64,000 bases of DNA from Alphaproteobacteria bacterium UBA3773 (lineage in GTDB: Bacteria; Pseudomonadota; Alphaproteobacteria; RF32; CAG-239): the NCBI GenBank assembly GCA_002372275.1, contig DFFP01000013.1:15603-79602 (forward strand), read 5' to 3'. This document shows positions 10,627 to 22,179 of this stretch, one piece after another (the stretch's first letter is position 1; every line of letters begins with the position of its first letter). The position numbers and the translations under genes are program-made. Below the pieces are notes generated by a model. It had not been told where the DNA came from, made no database searches, and saw only the letters and a program-made list of their open reading frames with translations.

Positions 10627-10647
10627 TTAAAACATAACCTTAAAAAA

Positions 10648-10670
10648 AGAGCCGAATGGCTCTTTTTTTT
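10648..10670 (+). terminator. Rho-independent terminator after secF
   Basis: Hairpin agagcc-gaat-ggctct followed by T8. Confidence 0.7.
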
Positions 10671-10787
10671 ATGCTTGATATTTTATCAATATTTTACTTA
10701 TATACAGAAAACACGAAACTTTACAAAATCTCAAAAAATAGATCCTGCGTAAATTTTGATATCAGTAAACATTAAATTAATAAAAAA

Positions 10788-11015
10788 CTAATCTTTATGT
10801 CGGAATGTGATACGACCTTTTGTTAAATCATAAGGTGTCATTTCGATATCCACCTTATCGCCGACCATCACACGAATGCGAAATTTACGCATTTTTCCGG
10901 CGGTCATCGCTAAAATTTCGACCCCGTTTTCAAGCTTAACCCGAAACATAGCATTCGGCAATTTTTCCGTCACAGTTCCGGTTAATTCTAACAATTCTTC
11001 TTTACTCATAAACAT
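10788..11015 (-). CDS. infA: Translation initiation factor IF-1
   Basis: S1-like fold sequence ...MFRVKLENG...GKMRK..IR...GDKV..E.TPYDL.KGRI..R. Confidence 0.85.
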   Translation of the reverse strand: MFMSKEELLELTGTVTEKLPNAMFRVKLENGVEILAMTAGKMRKFRIRVMVGDKVDIEMTPYDLTKGRITFRHKD

Positions 11016-11047
11016 TCTCTCTTGTTTTAATTTTAAGTTCTATACCC

Positions 11048-12694
11048 TTATTTTAGAGATTTTGCAATCTTTTTTTTCTCTATTGTCATAAATTTCAAAA
11101 TAAATGTTGTCCCTTGCCCTGTTTTACTTGAAACAGAAATTTTACCTTGATATTTATCGACCAACGATTTTACAATAGCCAAACCAAGACCTGTTCCGGT
11201 GCTGCGATTGCTACGCCCTTCTGAATAAAACGGTTCAAAAATATGCTTGATTTTGGAAGGTTTAATCCCGATTCCGGTATCTTTAATTTCAATCACAATC
11301 TTTTTGGCTTTTTCGTAAGCATTAAACGTTAACTCGCCACCTGAGGGCATAGCTTTAATTGCATTTTGGGCTAGGTTAAGCACAATCATCTTAAAATCTG
11401 ATTCATTGGCACTTATGGTGTATTTTTGGTTCCACAAACACCTCACCGCGATGCCGTTACGCTTTAATTCATAATCTAAAATTGAAACAACCTCTTCAAT
11501 ACTGCTGCATATTTCGATTATTTCATCGGTTTTGGTATCATAACGCGCTAATTTAAGCAACCTTTCCGGAATAGCCGCGCTTAAAACAACCTGTTCATAA
11601 ATCAAGTGAAGATAATGTTCTGCCTCACTTTGTGAAAGATTTTTTTGCGATGCCATCTCTTTCATGTTTTCCAAAATCATTCTGACTGACCCGAGATTAT
11701 TTTTCATCTCATGGGCCACAGAGGTAGCTAAAAACCCGAGTGAAGAAATTTTTTGCTGATGAGAAAAACGAATATCTTCACTTAAATCACGAATAGATTC
11801 AATAATCAGAAATTCGCCTTTTTTCATATTTTTCAAATAAAGCGGCGCCGCATTAACCGAAAGCGGTCTTCCTTTAATATTTTGAATAAGCGAAATGCTT
11901 TTAGAATTCTTTGCTTTAATCTCTTTTAAGGGACAATTAAACATCCCGTGTGGACACGGCATATCAAACCCGTATGCTTCAAAACATTTTTCGTTTAACG
12001 CAGAAAATTGCTCATGATAAGCTTTGTTTGAAAGAACAATTTTGTAATCTTTATCAATCACGCGGATACCGTCCGGAATTGCATCAATTAAAAGTTGCAA
12101 AAAATGCCTTGAATCTTTTAATTCTGCGATGTTATTTTCAATACTTGACATCATTTGATTAAAAGTTTCGGATAACGTATCAAATTCATCAACAACATAT
12201 TGTTTTTTCTCTTTTTCAATACGATGCGAATAATCGCCTTTTGAAATACGTTTGGCCGCATCAGATAATTTTTTGATAGGTATAATCACACACCTTTGCA
12301 AAACAAAACCCAGGCCGATAATGGATAATATTGAAAACAAAAAACTGACGCCGATAATTTTCATACCATCATAAAATGCTTGATGTTGCATATTAAAATT
12401 TTTTTGAATCTCAGCATTAATTGTACGTTCTTGTTTTAATTTTTCCTGCTTACTTGCAATATTATCATCCACCCCAACCGGCAAAGAAACATTCAGTTGC
12501 TTGAGTTTGCGCTGTAAAATAATGTTATCATACAAAAGGCTCATCACATATTGGTTACGCTTTGAAAGTGTATCGTGCGCTTCATTATATTTTCCGGCAT
12601 AGACAACCGTAAACATCACCATAAACAAAACGGACGTCACGACAAAAAGCGTAAAAACCGTATAAAAAATTTTTCTTTTTAAGCTTAAGTACAT
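11048..12694 (-). CDS. Sensor histidine kinase (membrane, HAMP/PAS-like, HisKA, HATPase_c)
   Basis: N-terminal TM segments, an H-box (ATSVAHEMKNNL) and N/G-boxes (NLAQNAIKAM, DTGIGI, GTGLGLAIV). Confidence 0.8.
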   Translation of the reverse strand: MYLSLKRKIFYTVFTLFVVTSVLFMVMFTVVYAGKYNEAHDTLSKRNQYVMSLLYDNIILQRKLKQLNVSLPVGVDDNIASKQEKLKQERTINAEIQKNFNMQHQAFYDGMKIIGVSFLFSILSIIGLGFVLQRCVIIPIKKLSDAAKRISKGDYSHRIEKEKKQYVVDEFDTLSETFNQMMSSIENNIAELKDSRHFLQLLIDAIPDGIRVIDKDYKIVLSNKAYHEQFSALNEKCFEAYGFDMPCPHGMFNCPLKEIKAKNSKSISLIQNIKGRPLSVNAAPLYLKNMKKGEFLIIESIRDLSEDIRFSHQQKISSLGFLATSVAHEMKNNLGSVRMILENMKEMASQKNLSQSEAEHYLHLIYEQVVLSAAIPERLLKLARYDTKTDEIIEICSSIEEVVSILDYELKRNGIAVRCLWNQKYTISANESDFKMIVLNLAQNAIKAMPSGGELTFNAYEKAKKIVIEIKDTGIGIKPSKIKHIFEPFYSEGRSNRSTGTGLGLAIVKSLVDKYQGKISVSSKTGQGTTFILKFMTIEKKKIAKSLK

Positions 12695-12706
12695 CGTTTT
12701 CCCTGC

Positions 12707-13600
12707 TTATTCATACTTTTCTTCCAATTGTGCTTCATCCATCAGATAAAGATGATAATACATAATGGTATAATCAATCAAGCCGGCATAATTTTTTAAG
12801 TTGCTGTCTGAAACCATTGCATAATCCATCCGAGGTCCAAACAGAGCATCACCGCGCCGACGCAAATTGGCTCGTGATTTTCTCAAAATATGGTAGTTGA
12901 CATTGGTATTGATTTTTAAGATATATTCACGAATAGAATCCTCTAATGTCGGGTAAATTTTATATCTGAAACCATCCCTGACATCTTCTAAGGGCTCTAA
13001 ACCATCATCGGTAAACCAAACTCTTTGTTTAAACAAATTATTTGCCTCTATGGCCACACGTGACGTTCCCCAATTGGTATGTACGGCGGCAGCTGCCACC
13101 ACAAGAGAAGGCGGCACAATATCAATCTGTTCTTTAAGGCGTGTCAACATCGTCATATAACGTCTACTATCCTTAAAAGGTGTAACAACTTCATATTTTT
13201 TGGCCAATTCATCGATATAATATCTGTCTGCTTCATCTAAATCTTTCGTTTCTTCCAAATCATACTCTAAAGCGTCAAGCATCTCACGTTCTTCAAGAAT
13301 TTCATCATTGACCTTCAAAATGAGCGGCACAATGATTTTCATAAAAATTCTGTTTCGCTCGGTGGTATCTTCCATTAAAGCAAAGTCTGAAGGAATGTTT
13401 TGTACAAAGATTCTGGGATATACGTTCCCCGGCGGATCAATATACTCATAATAAAGCAAATCCGAAAATATTTTTTGCAACTCTTTTGTGTTATAATCTT
13501 TCAGATAAATCCCTGTTTCATCAATCATATAATCCGGCTCGGCAGCTCGAAGCTGAAAAGAAACACAACATATCAATATCAAACAAAGTTTTTTGAGCAT
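12707..13600 (-). CDS. Bax-like / glucosaminidase-domain secreted protein
   Basis: Signal peptide plus a C-terminal glucosaminidase-like region (AAAAVHTNWGTS...). The family assignment is made from memory. Confidence 0.45.
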   Translation of the reverse strand: MLKKLCLILICCVSFQLRAAEPDYMIDETGIYLKDYNTKELQKIFSDLLYYEYIDPPGNVYPRIFVQNIPSDFALMEDTTERNRIFMKIIVPLILKVNDEILEEREMLDALEYDLEETKDLDEADRYYIDELAKKYEVVTPFKDSRRYMTMLTRLKEQIDIVPPSLVVAAAAVHTNWGTSRVAIEANNLFKQRVWFTDDGLEPLEDVRDGFRYKIYPTLEDSIREYILKINTNVNYHILRKSRANLRRRGDALFGPRMDYAMVSDSNLKNYAGLIDYTIMYYHLYLMDEAQLEEKYE

Positions 13601-13602
13601 GT

Positions 13603-14121
13603 TTATTCTCCTTTTTTGACGTCTTCAACAAACGGCAGATATTTTTTCAAAATTGATTGTACAATATTTTTTAAGGTTTCAGAAGCATGCACACATCCCT
13701 TACAATGACCTTCTAATTGGACAGATAAAACGCCGTTTTGAAAGTCTGTTACACTCAAATTTCCGCCATCTCGAATGAGAAAACCTCTGATTTGAGAGTC
13801 GATCAGAGCTTCAATGATTTTATGTTGCGCATTTTGAGAAAAAGTCATTTTTTCAAGATGATTAAAATCATAATCTGACAACTCTGCCATAATTTGCGAA
13901 GTCAAAAGTGCCCAATCGGCATTTTCTTCTTTTTCAACAAACAGCAAATTTTTCAACAATAAAACACGCTTTATTCCCATCAAATTTTGAATAATCTGTG
14001 TTAAATCTGCGCTGTTAAAATCAGAATCAGCGTACGATACATACATTTGCGGCTGTTCTTGCGTTTCAAAATAAAAATTCATTGCATTCGGATTATAAGT
14101 ATTTTCAGTTTCTATGAGCAT
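13603..14121 (-). CDS. NifU/Nfu-like Fe-S cluster scaffold domain protein
   Basis: C-terminal CxxC (GHCKGCVHAS) of the Nfu type. Confidence 0.55.
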   Translation of the reverse strand: MLIETENTYNPNAMNFYFETQEQPQMYVSYADSDFNSADLTQIIQNLMGIKRVLLLKNLLFVEKEENADWALLTSQIMAELSDYDFNHLEKMTFSQNAQHKIIEALIDSQIRGFLIRDGGNLSVTDFQNGVLSVQLEGHCKGCVHASETLKNIVQSILKKYLPFVEDVKKGE

Positions 14122-15049
14122 GATTTTTTATCACCTTTTTAAGAGCCTTTTCTGATTTAAGTGTCAAATACGCCAATTCAAGCAAATGATTGGGCGAAAA
14201 TGAAGAACCCGAATTGCCGTTTCGAATAATCAGCGGATCTAACACAACCCCCTTTTCAAGCGCTTGATAAACATCATCAAACAAAATATGATATTCCTGT
14301 TCAATGGCTTTTAAGAGCACATAACTTGTATATAAACGCCCTTGCGCTTTATAAAAGGCATCATCTGCTTTTCTGAATTTTTTGATTTCCATCGCCTCAT
14401 TTAATTCTTTTTCGGTGAAAATCAAATTATGCGCCACTGCATCCAAAACAATATTCGGATCGCTGAGCACATGACTTGGAACTTTGAGCAAAAATTGTTT
14501 TGCTTTGCGATATTGAGCCGTGGATGAGGGTTCGAGCTTAAAATCTTTTGTTTTGGAAAAAAGCCACACATCAAGAGGATACGACAAGAGTTCATCTGCT
14601 TTTTTCAAATTTTCATCTGTGGCTTGAAGTGCTATTTCATGAACAACATCTGATAAAGACAACATAATACCCGATTGAAAAGCCGGCATATTATCCAAAA
14701 TATAAGCCGGAAACACAAACGGCAGATTTGGCGTATACATATGCTTGTCAATTTCGCGGGTAATCAATCGAGACATTGTTTCAAAGACAGAATTTGTTGT
14801 TGTCTGATTTTTTTGTTCAAACTGAAGATTTTTATCAATTTTTTCGCAATATAAACTCCCAATGCCGTAATAAAGCACAATCAATGTCGGCACAATCACA
14901 ACAAGCGATTTCCATGATTTTTGAATATAAGCTGATATTTTTTTAATGTATGGTCCAAAATGGGCTTTGCACCACAAACCAAAATCTTTTAAATCGCGTC
15001 CCATCAGAAGTATATATATTTGAAGTTTATTTTTGAGTTCTTTTTTCAA
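14105..15049 (-). CDS. Hypothetical membrane-anchored protein
   Basis: Long ORF with one TM segment; no recognizable catalytic motif. Confidence 0.35.
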   Translation of the reverse strand: MKKELKNKLQIYILLMGRDLKDFGLWCKAHFGPYIKKISAYIQKSWKSLVVIVPTLIVLYYGIGSLYCEKIDKNLQFEQKNQTTTNSVFETMSRLITREIDKHMYTPNLPFVFPAYILDNMPAFQSGIMLSLSDVVHEIALQATDENLKKADELLSYPLDVWLFSKTKDFKLEPSSTAQYRKAKQFLLKVPSHVLSDPNIVLDAVAHNLIFTEKELNEAMEIKKFRKADDAFYKAQGRLYTSYVLLKAIEQEYHILFDDVYQALEKGVVLDPLIIRNGNSGSSFSPNHLLELAYLTLKSEKALKKVIKNHAHRN

Positions 15050-16623
15050 GATAAACCGCCTTTCTTTTTATGTATAATACCCTTGATTTGTGAAACAGAT
15101 ACAACCTTAAATGACACAACCAAAATCATATAGCCCGCAAGCCCTATTGTACCTAAAACCGCTAATGCTAAAAACCTGACGATAAAACCTTTTTGCCAAA
15201 TTTCAAAAGCATTAAATAAATCATTTGCGATAAACACAACTCCACCCGCAATCACAGAAGCAAACGTAATTTTCAAAATTTGATTTAAAAGCGAACGTGA
15301 AAAATGCCATAAATTTTTTTTATAAAGCCCATAAATATATTGAAAGAGCGAAACAAACGCAGCAATGGTTGTGGCGGTTGCAATCCCAACATGCCCGAAC
15401 GGCTTCATTAAAATCAGATTAAAAATCACATTGACAGCAAAAACGATTGCACTGTATTTGACAGGCGTTACCGTATCCCCTCTTGCAAAAAAATTCGGCA
15501 TTAAGGCTTTCACAACGACATAACAGGGCAAACCGACGGCATAAGCAATGAGAGCATATGCCGTTTTTAGGGTATCCGTTTCGCTAAAGCGACCATGCTC
15601 AAAAAGCACATTCACAATCGGCGCTGCCAAAACAATCATCAACACGGCAAACGGCAGCGAGAGCAGCACAGCATATAAAACGGCTTTGTCTTCTGTTTTT
15701 TGACTTTCTTCCAAATTGCCTGATTTTAACTGCTTTGATAACACAGGAAGTAAGGCCACACTGATGGCTGCCCCGACAACACCTAAAGGCAATTGTTGCA
15801 AACGATTGGCATAATAAAGCCACGAAATCGCTCCCGTTCCGACAAGCGAAACCAAAATAGTGTCCACAGCCATATTGATTTGATAGATCCCTGCCCCTAC
15901 AACCCCGGGTGCAATCCGTTTGAAAAGCGTTTTGATATCCGGATTTGAAAAAATCTTTACAAAATGTCGATGCGGCGAAATTTTCACATCAATTTTATGT
16001 AAGGCATATTTCAGCCAAAAAATTTCTAAAATTCCGGCAAGTGTCACGGCTATTGAAAATCCGTATGCCGGCATCGGCATAAAAGGCGCAATCAAAAAAG
16101 CCGATAAAACAAGAGATAAGTTCAAAATAATCGGGGCTGAGGCCGGCGCGGCAAATTTTTCAAACGATTGCAAAACACCTGCCTGAAAAGATACAACCGA
16201 AATAAACAATAAAAACGGAAATGTAATGCGACAAAGCGTTGTGGCCAGCTCGATTTTGCCCTCATCTCCGATAAAACCGGGAGCCAAAACTTGAACCACA
16301 TAAGGCATCAAAAGCTCAAAACAAATCACAAAAATCAACAACAAGAAACTTAAGAGCGAAATTGTTTCAGAAGCAAAAAAAATCGCTTTTTTCTTTCCGT
16401 CTGTAACAAGTTTTTGCGAAAACATCGGCACAAAAGCACTCGTAAAAGCCCCTTCGGCAAACAGACTACGAAACAGATTCGGCAACTTAAACGACACAAA
16501 AAACGCATCTGAGGCCAGCCCTGCCCCCAAAAAATTGGCTAAAACCACATCACGCACAAATCCCGTCAAACGGCTGAGCAGTGTAAATCCGCCAAAAGTG
16601 GCCACCGATTTAAATAAAGACAT
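15046..16623 (-). CDS. murJ: Lipid II flippase MurJ (MviN)
   Basis: 525-aa polytopic protein with the MurJ N-terminal signature ...FVRD...A..LG......DAFFVSFKLPNLFRSLFAEGAFTSAFVP. Confidence 0.85.
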   Translation of the reverse strand: MSLFKSVATFGGFTLLSRLTGFVRDVVLANFLGAGLASDAFFVSFKLPNLFRSLFAEGAFTSAFVPMFSQKLVTDGKKKAIFFASETISLLSFLLLIFVICFELLMPYVVQVLAPGFIGDEGKIELATTLCRITFPFLLFISVVSFQAGVLQSFEKFAAPASAPIILNLSLVLSAFLIAPFMPMPAYGFSIAVTLAGILEIFWLKYALHKIDVKISPHRHFVKIFSNPDIKTLFKRIAPGVVGAGIYQINMAVDTILVSLVGTGAISWLYYANRLQQLPLGVVGAAISVALLPVLSKQLKSGNLEESQKTEDKAVLYAVLLSLPFAVLMIVLAAPIVNVLFEHGRFSETDTLKTAYALIAYAVGLPCYVVVKALMPNFFARGDTVTPVKYSAIVFAVNVIFNLILMKPFGHVGIATATTIAAFVSLFQYIYGLYKKNLWHFSRSLLNQILKITFASVIAGGVVFIANDLFNAFEIWQKGFIVRFLALAVLGTIGLAGYMILVVSFKVVSVSQIKGIIHKKKGGLS

Positions 16624-16793
16624 ATCCTTTTTTTCTTTCCAAGTTCCAAAACAAATGATATACTAATCTACACGAAAAATCTTTTGATTGCATTTAAAAA
16701 AAAACTTTTGCACGATTAAAAAAATATATTGACAAAACTTTTTTTACATGTTATTTTTAGACAAAATGAATACGAAACATAGGAATCGAAAAG

Positions 16794-17006
16794 ATGAATA
16801 AGAAAGAAATTAGAGAAAAATATGGCATTGCGTCAGGTCAGAATCGTGAAGGAAAAACACCTTATAAGGTAGAAATGGTCGCGAAGGGATTTGATCTGGT
16901 TGCCAGCGGACATGATTATGCAGGTCCAACACCTCAAAATTTAAACAAGATGTTGGCTACTGAAAAAGCCATGAACCGTATGAATGATCGAGGTATGAGC
17001 TTATAA
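16794..17006 (+). CDS. Hypothetical small protein (70 aa)
   Basis: Good RBS (ggaatcgaaaag-ATG). Promoter-like TTGACA...TATTTT upstream and a terminator downstream. Confidence 0.3.
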   Translation: MNKKEIREKYGIASGQNREGKTPYKVEMVAKGFDLVASGHDYAGPTPQNLNKMLATEKAMNRMNDRGMSL

Positions 17007-17028
17007 TCAGTCGTGAATCGTTTTTGTT

Positions 17029-17069
17029 AACCGATTGCCTTCTCCCTGCAATCGGTTTTCTTTTTTTTT
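17029..17069. terminator. Bidirectional rho-independent terminator between the small ORF (+) and rbfA (-)
   Basis: Hairpin accgattgc...gcaatcggt followed by a T-run. Confidence 0.6.
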
Positions 17070-17129
17070 AAATAAAACTGCATTTCTGATCCTCAATTCT
17101 GGTTTGAAGTTGAGAATTTTATAAAGCAG

Positions 17130-17513
17130 CTAGTCTTTATGCAAATCTTGTGCCACTTGCGGATTTCTAAAAAGCTTTTCGATTTTATCCATTTCGGCAA
17201 AGCTGTCGTCCACTCTGAAATGAATTTCAGGCGTATAACGAAGCTGTAATTTGGCACCGATTTCTTTTCTGAAAACACCACTTTCGGCATTGAGCATTTC
17301 AAGCACAATGCCTAAATTTTTGCCGTTCAAGGTCATAATATAGGCATTTGCATACCTTAAATCGGGCGAAACACGAACCGAGGTAATGGTAATAAAAGCC
17401 TCTCTCAATTCTTTTGAGCGCATATCTCCTCTTTGAAGAACGCCCATAATGACTTTTTTGATTTCTTCTCCGACACGAAGTTGTCGTTGAGATGGTTCTT
17501 TATGTTCCGCCAT
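17130..17513 (-). CDS. rbfA: Ribosome-binding factor A
   Basis: RbfA family (RVGEEIKKVI...L..E..R), lying downstream of infB. Confidence 0.85.
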   Translation of the reverse strand: MAEHKEPSQRQLRVGEEIKKVIMGVLQRGDMRSKELREAFITITSVRVSPDLRYANAYIMTLNGKNLGIVLEMLNAESGVFRKEIGAKLQLRYTPEIHFRVDDSFAEMDKIEKLFRNPQVAQDLHKD

Positions 17514-17524
17514 TTCTTTTTCCT

Positions 17525-20032
17525 TTATAATTTTGCAGCTATTGTTTCAAGTTCATAACATTCAATCTGGTCACCTGTTTGAATGTCGTTATAGTTTTCA
17601 AAACTCATACCGCATTCATAGCTTTCTCTGACCTCTTTCACATCTTCTTTAAAGCGTTTGAGTTGTGCCATATTTCCGTCATGAATCACCACATTATCAC
17701 GAAGCAATCTGATTTTTGTGCCGCGTTTAACTAAACCTTCGGTAACCATACAACCGGCCACTTTACCGACGCCTGTGATGTTAAAGACATTACGAATTTC
17801 GGCATATCCCAAAATCTTTTCTTTAATTTCAGGCGAAAGCAAACCTTCCAAACCTTTCTTCACATCATCTACCACATCATAAATAATGGAATAGTATTTG
17901 ATATCAATATTGTCACGCTTGGCCATATCGCGTGCTTTTTGATTGGCACGAACATTAAAGCCGATAATAAATGCATCTGAAGCTTTGGCAAGTGTCACAT
18001 CCGATTCGGTAATCGGTCCGACGGCCGAATGCAGAATCTGAACCGAAACTTCATCATTTGAAAATTTCGTAATAGCGCCCTCAATAGCTTCAATAGATCC
18101 TTGAACATCTGCTTTGATAATAACGGCTAAATGCTTGGATTCGCCTGATTTGATTTTCTCAAGCATTTGTTCCATCGCCGATTTGGCAGATTTTACGAGC
18201 TTTGTTTCGCGCTCTTTTCTTAGTCTGTATGAAGTCACTTCACGGGCCTGATTTTCATCTGTGGCCACAACAAACTTATCACCGGCATCCGGAGTACCTT
18301 GAAGTCCGATCACCTCAACCGGTGTCGCCGGTCCTGCTTCATGAACGCGCCGCCCGTGTTCATTAAACATGGCCCGCACGTGGCCCCATTCTTTGCCGGC
18401 AATAATAATATCTCCGACTTTTAATGTGCCGTTTTGAACTAAAACTGTTGCCACACTTCCTCGACCCTTTTCCATTTTTGCTTCAATAACCGAACCTTCA
18501 CCTTTTCTGTTCGGGTTGGCTTTCAAATCTAAAATTTCTGCTTGAAGCAAAATGGCCTCAACAAGTTTGTCGATATTAATGCGTTTTTTGGCTGAAACTT
18601 CAGCGCATAAGCTTTCGCCACCCATTTCTTCGACAGCGATTCCGTGTTGCAAAAGCTCTGTTTTAACCCGCATCGGATCAGCCCCCGGTAAATCAATTTT
18701 ATTGATGGCGACCACAATCGGAACTTCGGCTGCTTGCGCGTGGCGAATTGCCTCCACCGTTTGCGGCATAATGCCGTCATTGGCAGCCACAACCAAAACC
18801 ACAATATCCGTCACTTTGGCACCTCTGGCGCGCATTTCGGAAAATGCTTCGTGTCCGGGGGTATCAATAAACGTAATTTTTTGTCCGCCTTCCACATCAA
18901 TTTGATATGCACCGATATGTTGCGTAATACCACCGGCTTCTTTAGCCACAACATTTGTTTCACGCAGAGCATCCAAAAGTGACGTTTTTCCGTGGTCAAC
19001 GTGTCCCATCACTGTCACAACAGGTGCACGTGGCAACAAATCTTCTTGAACGTCTTTTGGTCCAGTTAATCCTTCTTCCACATCACTGTCGGCCACACGT
19101 TTGAATTTATGCCCCATTTCTTCAACCACAATTTGTGCCGTATCGGCATCAATCGGTTGGTTAATGGTTGCCATCACACCAAGGCTCATCAGCTTTTTGA
19201 TGACTTCGGCACTTTTTTCGGCCATACGAGAAGCAAGTTCCTGAACCGTAATCACTTCCGGAATAATCACCTCTTTGATGATTTTTTCAGCTGCCGGAAC
19301 AGGAGCCTGAACAGGTTTAGGCTGTTTTTTCTTGAACCGCCTATGCGGCGCACCGAACCCGTAATCATCGTCTTCATCACCCTGCATATAAGAATTGATG
19401 TTGATTTTGTTATTACGGCGCGGAGATTCAAAACTGCGTCTTTGAATCTTTTTACGCTCTTGTTCAAACGTTTCTTCTTTGGTTAAAGGATGCGCACTTT
19501 GGGCAGATGATTTTTTATCTTTTTTATAGTCCGGTTCATCATCTTCATCATAATCATGAGATCTTTTATCTTTTTTATAACCTCTGTCCTCTTCTTGCGA
19601 TGAAGATTTTGAAGAAGCCGAAGCAAGAGACTTTTCTTGTTTTTTAAGTTTTTCTTCTTCTTTTCTTGCCTCTTCCTCTTTTTTCTTGTTTTCTGCTTCA
19701 ATTTGAGCGGCTAATTCTTCAGCTTCTTTTTTCTTGATCTCACTGATTTTTTTACGCTCTTCTTCTTTTGCTTCTTCAATCTGCTGACGCTTTGCTTCAT
19801 GTTCTTTGGCAGAAGCAATCAATTTTAATTTTTGTGCTGTTTCTTCATCAATTTCTTTTTTAGGTTCCGACGAACCATTCATTGAAATCGAACGTTTTTT
19901 ACGCACTTCTACTTGCACCAGCTTGCGCCCGCTATCTGTATTAACCTTAACCTGATTTTTTAGGGTTAAAGTCGGTTTCAAAGATAACGTTAATTTCGTT
20001 TTTTCTTCTGCCATGCTCTTATTTTTCTCCAA
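17525..20032 (-). CDS. infB: Translation initiation factor IF-2
   Basis: 835 aa with a K/E-rich N-terminus and a GTPase domain ([24 protein letters not shown]). Confidence 0.95.
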   Translation of the reverse strand: MEKNKSMAEEKTKLTLSLKPTLTLKNQVKVNTDSGRKLVQVEVRKKRSISMNGSSEPKKEIDEETAQKLKLIASAKEHEAKRQQIEEAKEEERKKISEIKKKEAEELAAQIEAENKKKEEEARKEEEKLKKQEKSLASASSKSSSQEEDRGYKKDKRSHDYDEDDEPDYKKDKKSSAQSAHPLTKEETFEQERKKIQRRSFESPRRNNKININSYMQGDEDDDYGFGAPHRRFKKKQPKPVQAPVPAAEKIIKEVIIPEVITVQELASRMAEKSAEVIKKLMSLGVMATINQPIDADTAQIVVEEMGHKFKRVADSDVEEGLTGPKDVQEDLLPRAPVVTVMGHVDHGKTSLLDALRETNVVAKEAGGITQHIGAYQIDVEGGQKITFIDTPGHEAFSEMRARGAKVTDIVVLVVAANDGIMPQTVEAIRHAQAAEVPIVVAINKIDLPGADPMRVKTELLQHGIAVEEMGGESLCAEVSAKKRINIDKLVEAILLQAEILDLKANPNRKGEGSVIEAKMEKGRGSVATVLVQNGTLKVGDIIIAGKEWGHVRAMFNEHGRRVHEAGPATPVEVIGLQGTPDAGDKFVVATDENQAREVTSYRLRKERETKLVKSAKSAMEQMLEKIKSGESKHLAVIIKADVQGSIEAIEGAITKFSNDEVSVQILHSAVGPITESDVTLAKASDAFIIGFNVRANQKARDMAKRDNIDIKYYSIIYDVVDDVKKGLEGLLSPEIKEKILGYAEIRNVFNITGVGKVAGCMVTEGLVKRGTKIRLLRDNVVIHDGNMAQLKRFKEDVKEVRESYECGMSFENYNDIQTGDQIECYELETIAAKL

Positions 20033-20033
20033 A

Positions 20034-20603
20034 TCAATTTTCTAAAAAGGTTTGATATCTTTTGATGTGTTTATAAACCGTATCTGCAATACCGCTTTTC
20101 AAAACAGCCGCATATACCGTATTTTCTGTTTGCAAAGCATTTGATATGTCATCACTGTCATATACTTCAAGCACTTCCATATCCCCTTTGCAAGCCTCAA
20201 TTTTTTGACGGCTGTCTTCTGCCGCATTGGTGGCCTCAATTAAAAAAGAAACTTTGCCTTGTTTTATCTCCGCTTTTACTTTTTCAAAACCGGTCACAAG
20301 TGCTCCGGCCTTTCGAGCTAAATTCATAGCCTCCAAACCTTTTTTATAGAGCAAATTTTCGACCATATTCGTTAAATCTTCGGGAATTTTCAAAAAAAGA
20401 TGTATCGATTTAATAAACAAATTTTTTTTCAAAGCTTCTTGTAAATTCTTTTTGCCGTTTGAAACATACAGACCCCGCCCGCCCAGTTTTTTATCAAAAT
20501 CCGGGACCAAACGGCTGTCAGGTGTTTTAACAAAGCGAAGGAGCTCTGAAGTCTCCTTCACCTCGCCTTTTAAAACACATTTTCGTTCTGTTTGTTTATC
20601 CAC
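20034..20603 (-). CDS. YlxR/DUF448-family RNA-binding protein
   Basis: Sits in the conserved slot between nusA and infB. Confidence 0.65.
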   Translation of the reverse strand: MDKQTERKCVLKGEVKETSELLRFVKTPDSRLVPDFDKKLGGRGLYVSNGKKNLQEALKKNLFIKSIHLFLKIPEDLTNMVENLLYKKGLEAMNLARKAGALVTGFEKVKAEIKQGKVSFLIEATNAAEDSRQKIEACKGDMEVLEVYDSDDISNALQTENTVYAAVLKSGIADTVYKHIKRYQTFLEN

Positions 20604-20622
20604 GGCACAGACCTTTTACGCT

Positions 20623-22158
20623 TTACTGTTCATCCTCTTCGTGATCATCTGTAAACCAGTGGGCACGTGCATCCATAATCACCTTGTTGGCATCAACAAG
20701 CGAGATAACGTTTTCGCCCAAAATTTCCACAAGTTCATCACCAGCAAGATCTGCCAAATCATCAATCGTTTTCACACCGGATTCTGCTAATTTTAGGAGC
20801 ATATCCTGATCGAGCCCGGAAATTGTTTTCAAACTCTCATCAAGACCTAAATCTTTACTCTTTTTTGCAAATTCGGCATTGCGTTTTTCAACAAATTCTT
20901 TTGCTCTGGATTGAAGTTCTTTGGCAATATCCTCATCAAAGCCTTCGATTTCTGCAAGTTCTTTCAAATCAACAAACGCAATTTCATCAACGGTTGTGAA
21001 ACCTTCGGCAATCAGAAGGTGACCAATCATATCATCAACGTCCAAAGCTTCCATAAAGCGGTTCAAACGGACTTTATTTTCATTCATGCGACGTTCTTGT
21101 TCTTCTGCTTCGGTTAAAACATCAATGTTCGCACCCAAAAGTTGTGAAGCTAACTTCACATTTTGACCACGTCTGCCGATGGCAATCGAAAATTGTTCTT
21201 CCGGAACAACAGCTTCCATACGGCCGTTTTCTTCATCTAAAACAACCTTCGTTACTTCAGCAGGTGCGAGTGCTGCAACCAAGTATTGTGCTCTGTCTTC
21301 GGAATAAGGCACAATATCAATTTTTTCGCCTTGCAGTTCGGTCACAACGGCTTGAACACGAATACCGCGCAAGCCAACGCATGCACCAACCGGATCAACC
21401 GTCACATCGTTTGTCTTAACGGCAATTTTAGCTTTTGAACCGGGGTCACGTGCCACACCCATAATTTCAACAATACCGTCATAAATTTCAGGAACTTCGG
21501 ATGTAAAGAGTTTTGCCATAAATTCAGGACACGTTCTTGATAAAAAGATTTGCGGACCGCGTGTTTCGCGTCTGACATCTAAAACATAAGCACGAATTCT
21601 GTCGCCGGCTTTGAATTTTTCTCTCGGGATTACTTCATCATGGCGTAAAACAGCTTCGGTTTTACCAATATCTACAATCACATTACCAAAATCAGCACGT
21701 TTGACGGTTCCGTTGACGATTGTGCCGATTTTTTCTTTATATTCTTCATACTGACGATTACGTTCCGATTCGCGAACTTTTTGAACAATAACTTGCTTCG
21801 CTGTTTGTGCTGCAATTCGGCCGAAATCAATCGGAGGCAACGTATCAATTAAAAAGTCTCCGACTTTAACATCTTTTTGAATTTTTTTCGCATCTTTCAA
21901 ATGAAGCTGTGCTGCCTCATTTTCGATTTCGGCGCCATCTTCAACAACTTCGCGATAACGTGAAAGTGTAATCGCGCCCGTTTTGCGGTCAATTGAAGCT
22001 CTGATATCGTGTTCTGCGCCATAGCGTGAACGTCCTGCTTTTTGAATAGCAATTTCCATTGCAACAAAAACATCTTCTTTATCAATGTTTTTTTCTCTCG
22101 AAACGGCATCGGCGACAAGGACGATTTCCGGTCTGGGCATATTTTCAGTATTTTCCAT
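20623..22158 (-). CDS. nusA: Transcription termination/antitermination factor NusA
   Basis: 511 aa with S1, KH and C-terminal acidic repeat domains. Confidence 0.95.
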   Translation of the reverse strand: MENTENMPRPEIVLVADAVSREKNIDKEDVFVAMEIAIQKAGRSRYGAEHDIRASIDRKTGAITLSRYREVVEDGAEIENEAAQLHLKDAKKIQKDVKVGDFLIDTLPPIDFGRIAAQTAKQVIVQKVRESERNRQYEEYKEKIGTIVNGTVKRADFGNVIVDIGKTEAVLRHDEVIPREKFKAGDRIRAYVLDVRRETRGPQIFLSRTCPEFMAKLFTSEVPEIYDGIVEIMGVARDPGSKAKIAVKTNDVTVDPVGACVGLRGIRVQAVVTELQGEKIDIVPYSEDRAQYLVAALAPAEVTKVVLDEENGRMEAVVPEEQFSIAIGRRGQNVKLASQLLGANIDVLTEAEEQERRMNENKVRLNRFMEALDVDDMIGHLLIAEGFTTVDEIAFVDLKELAEIEGFDEDIAKELQSRAKEFVEKRNAEFAKKSKDLGLDESLKTISGLDQDMLLKLAESGVKTIDDLADLAGDELVEILGENVISLVDANKVIMDARAHWFTDDHEEDEQ

Positions 22159-22179
22159 AAGTTACCTCTGTGTTTATTG

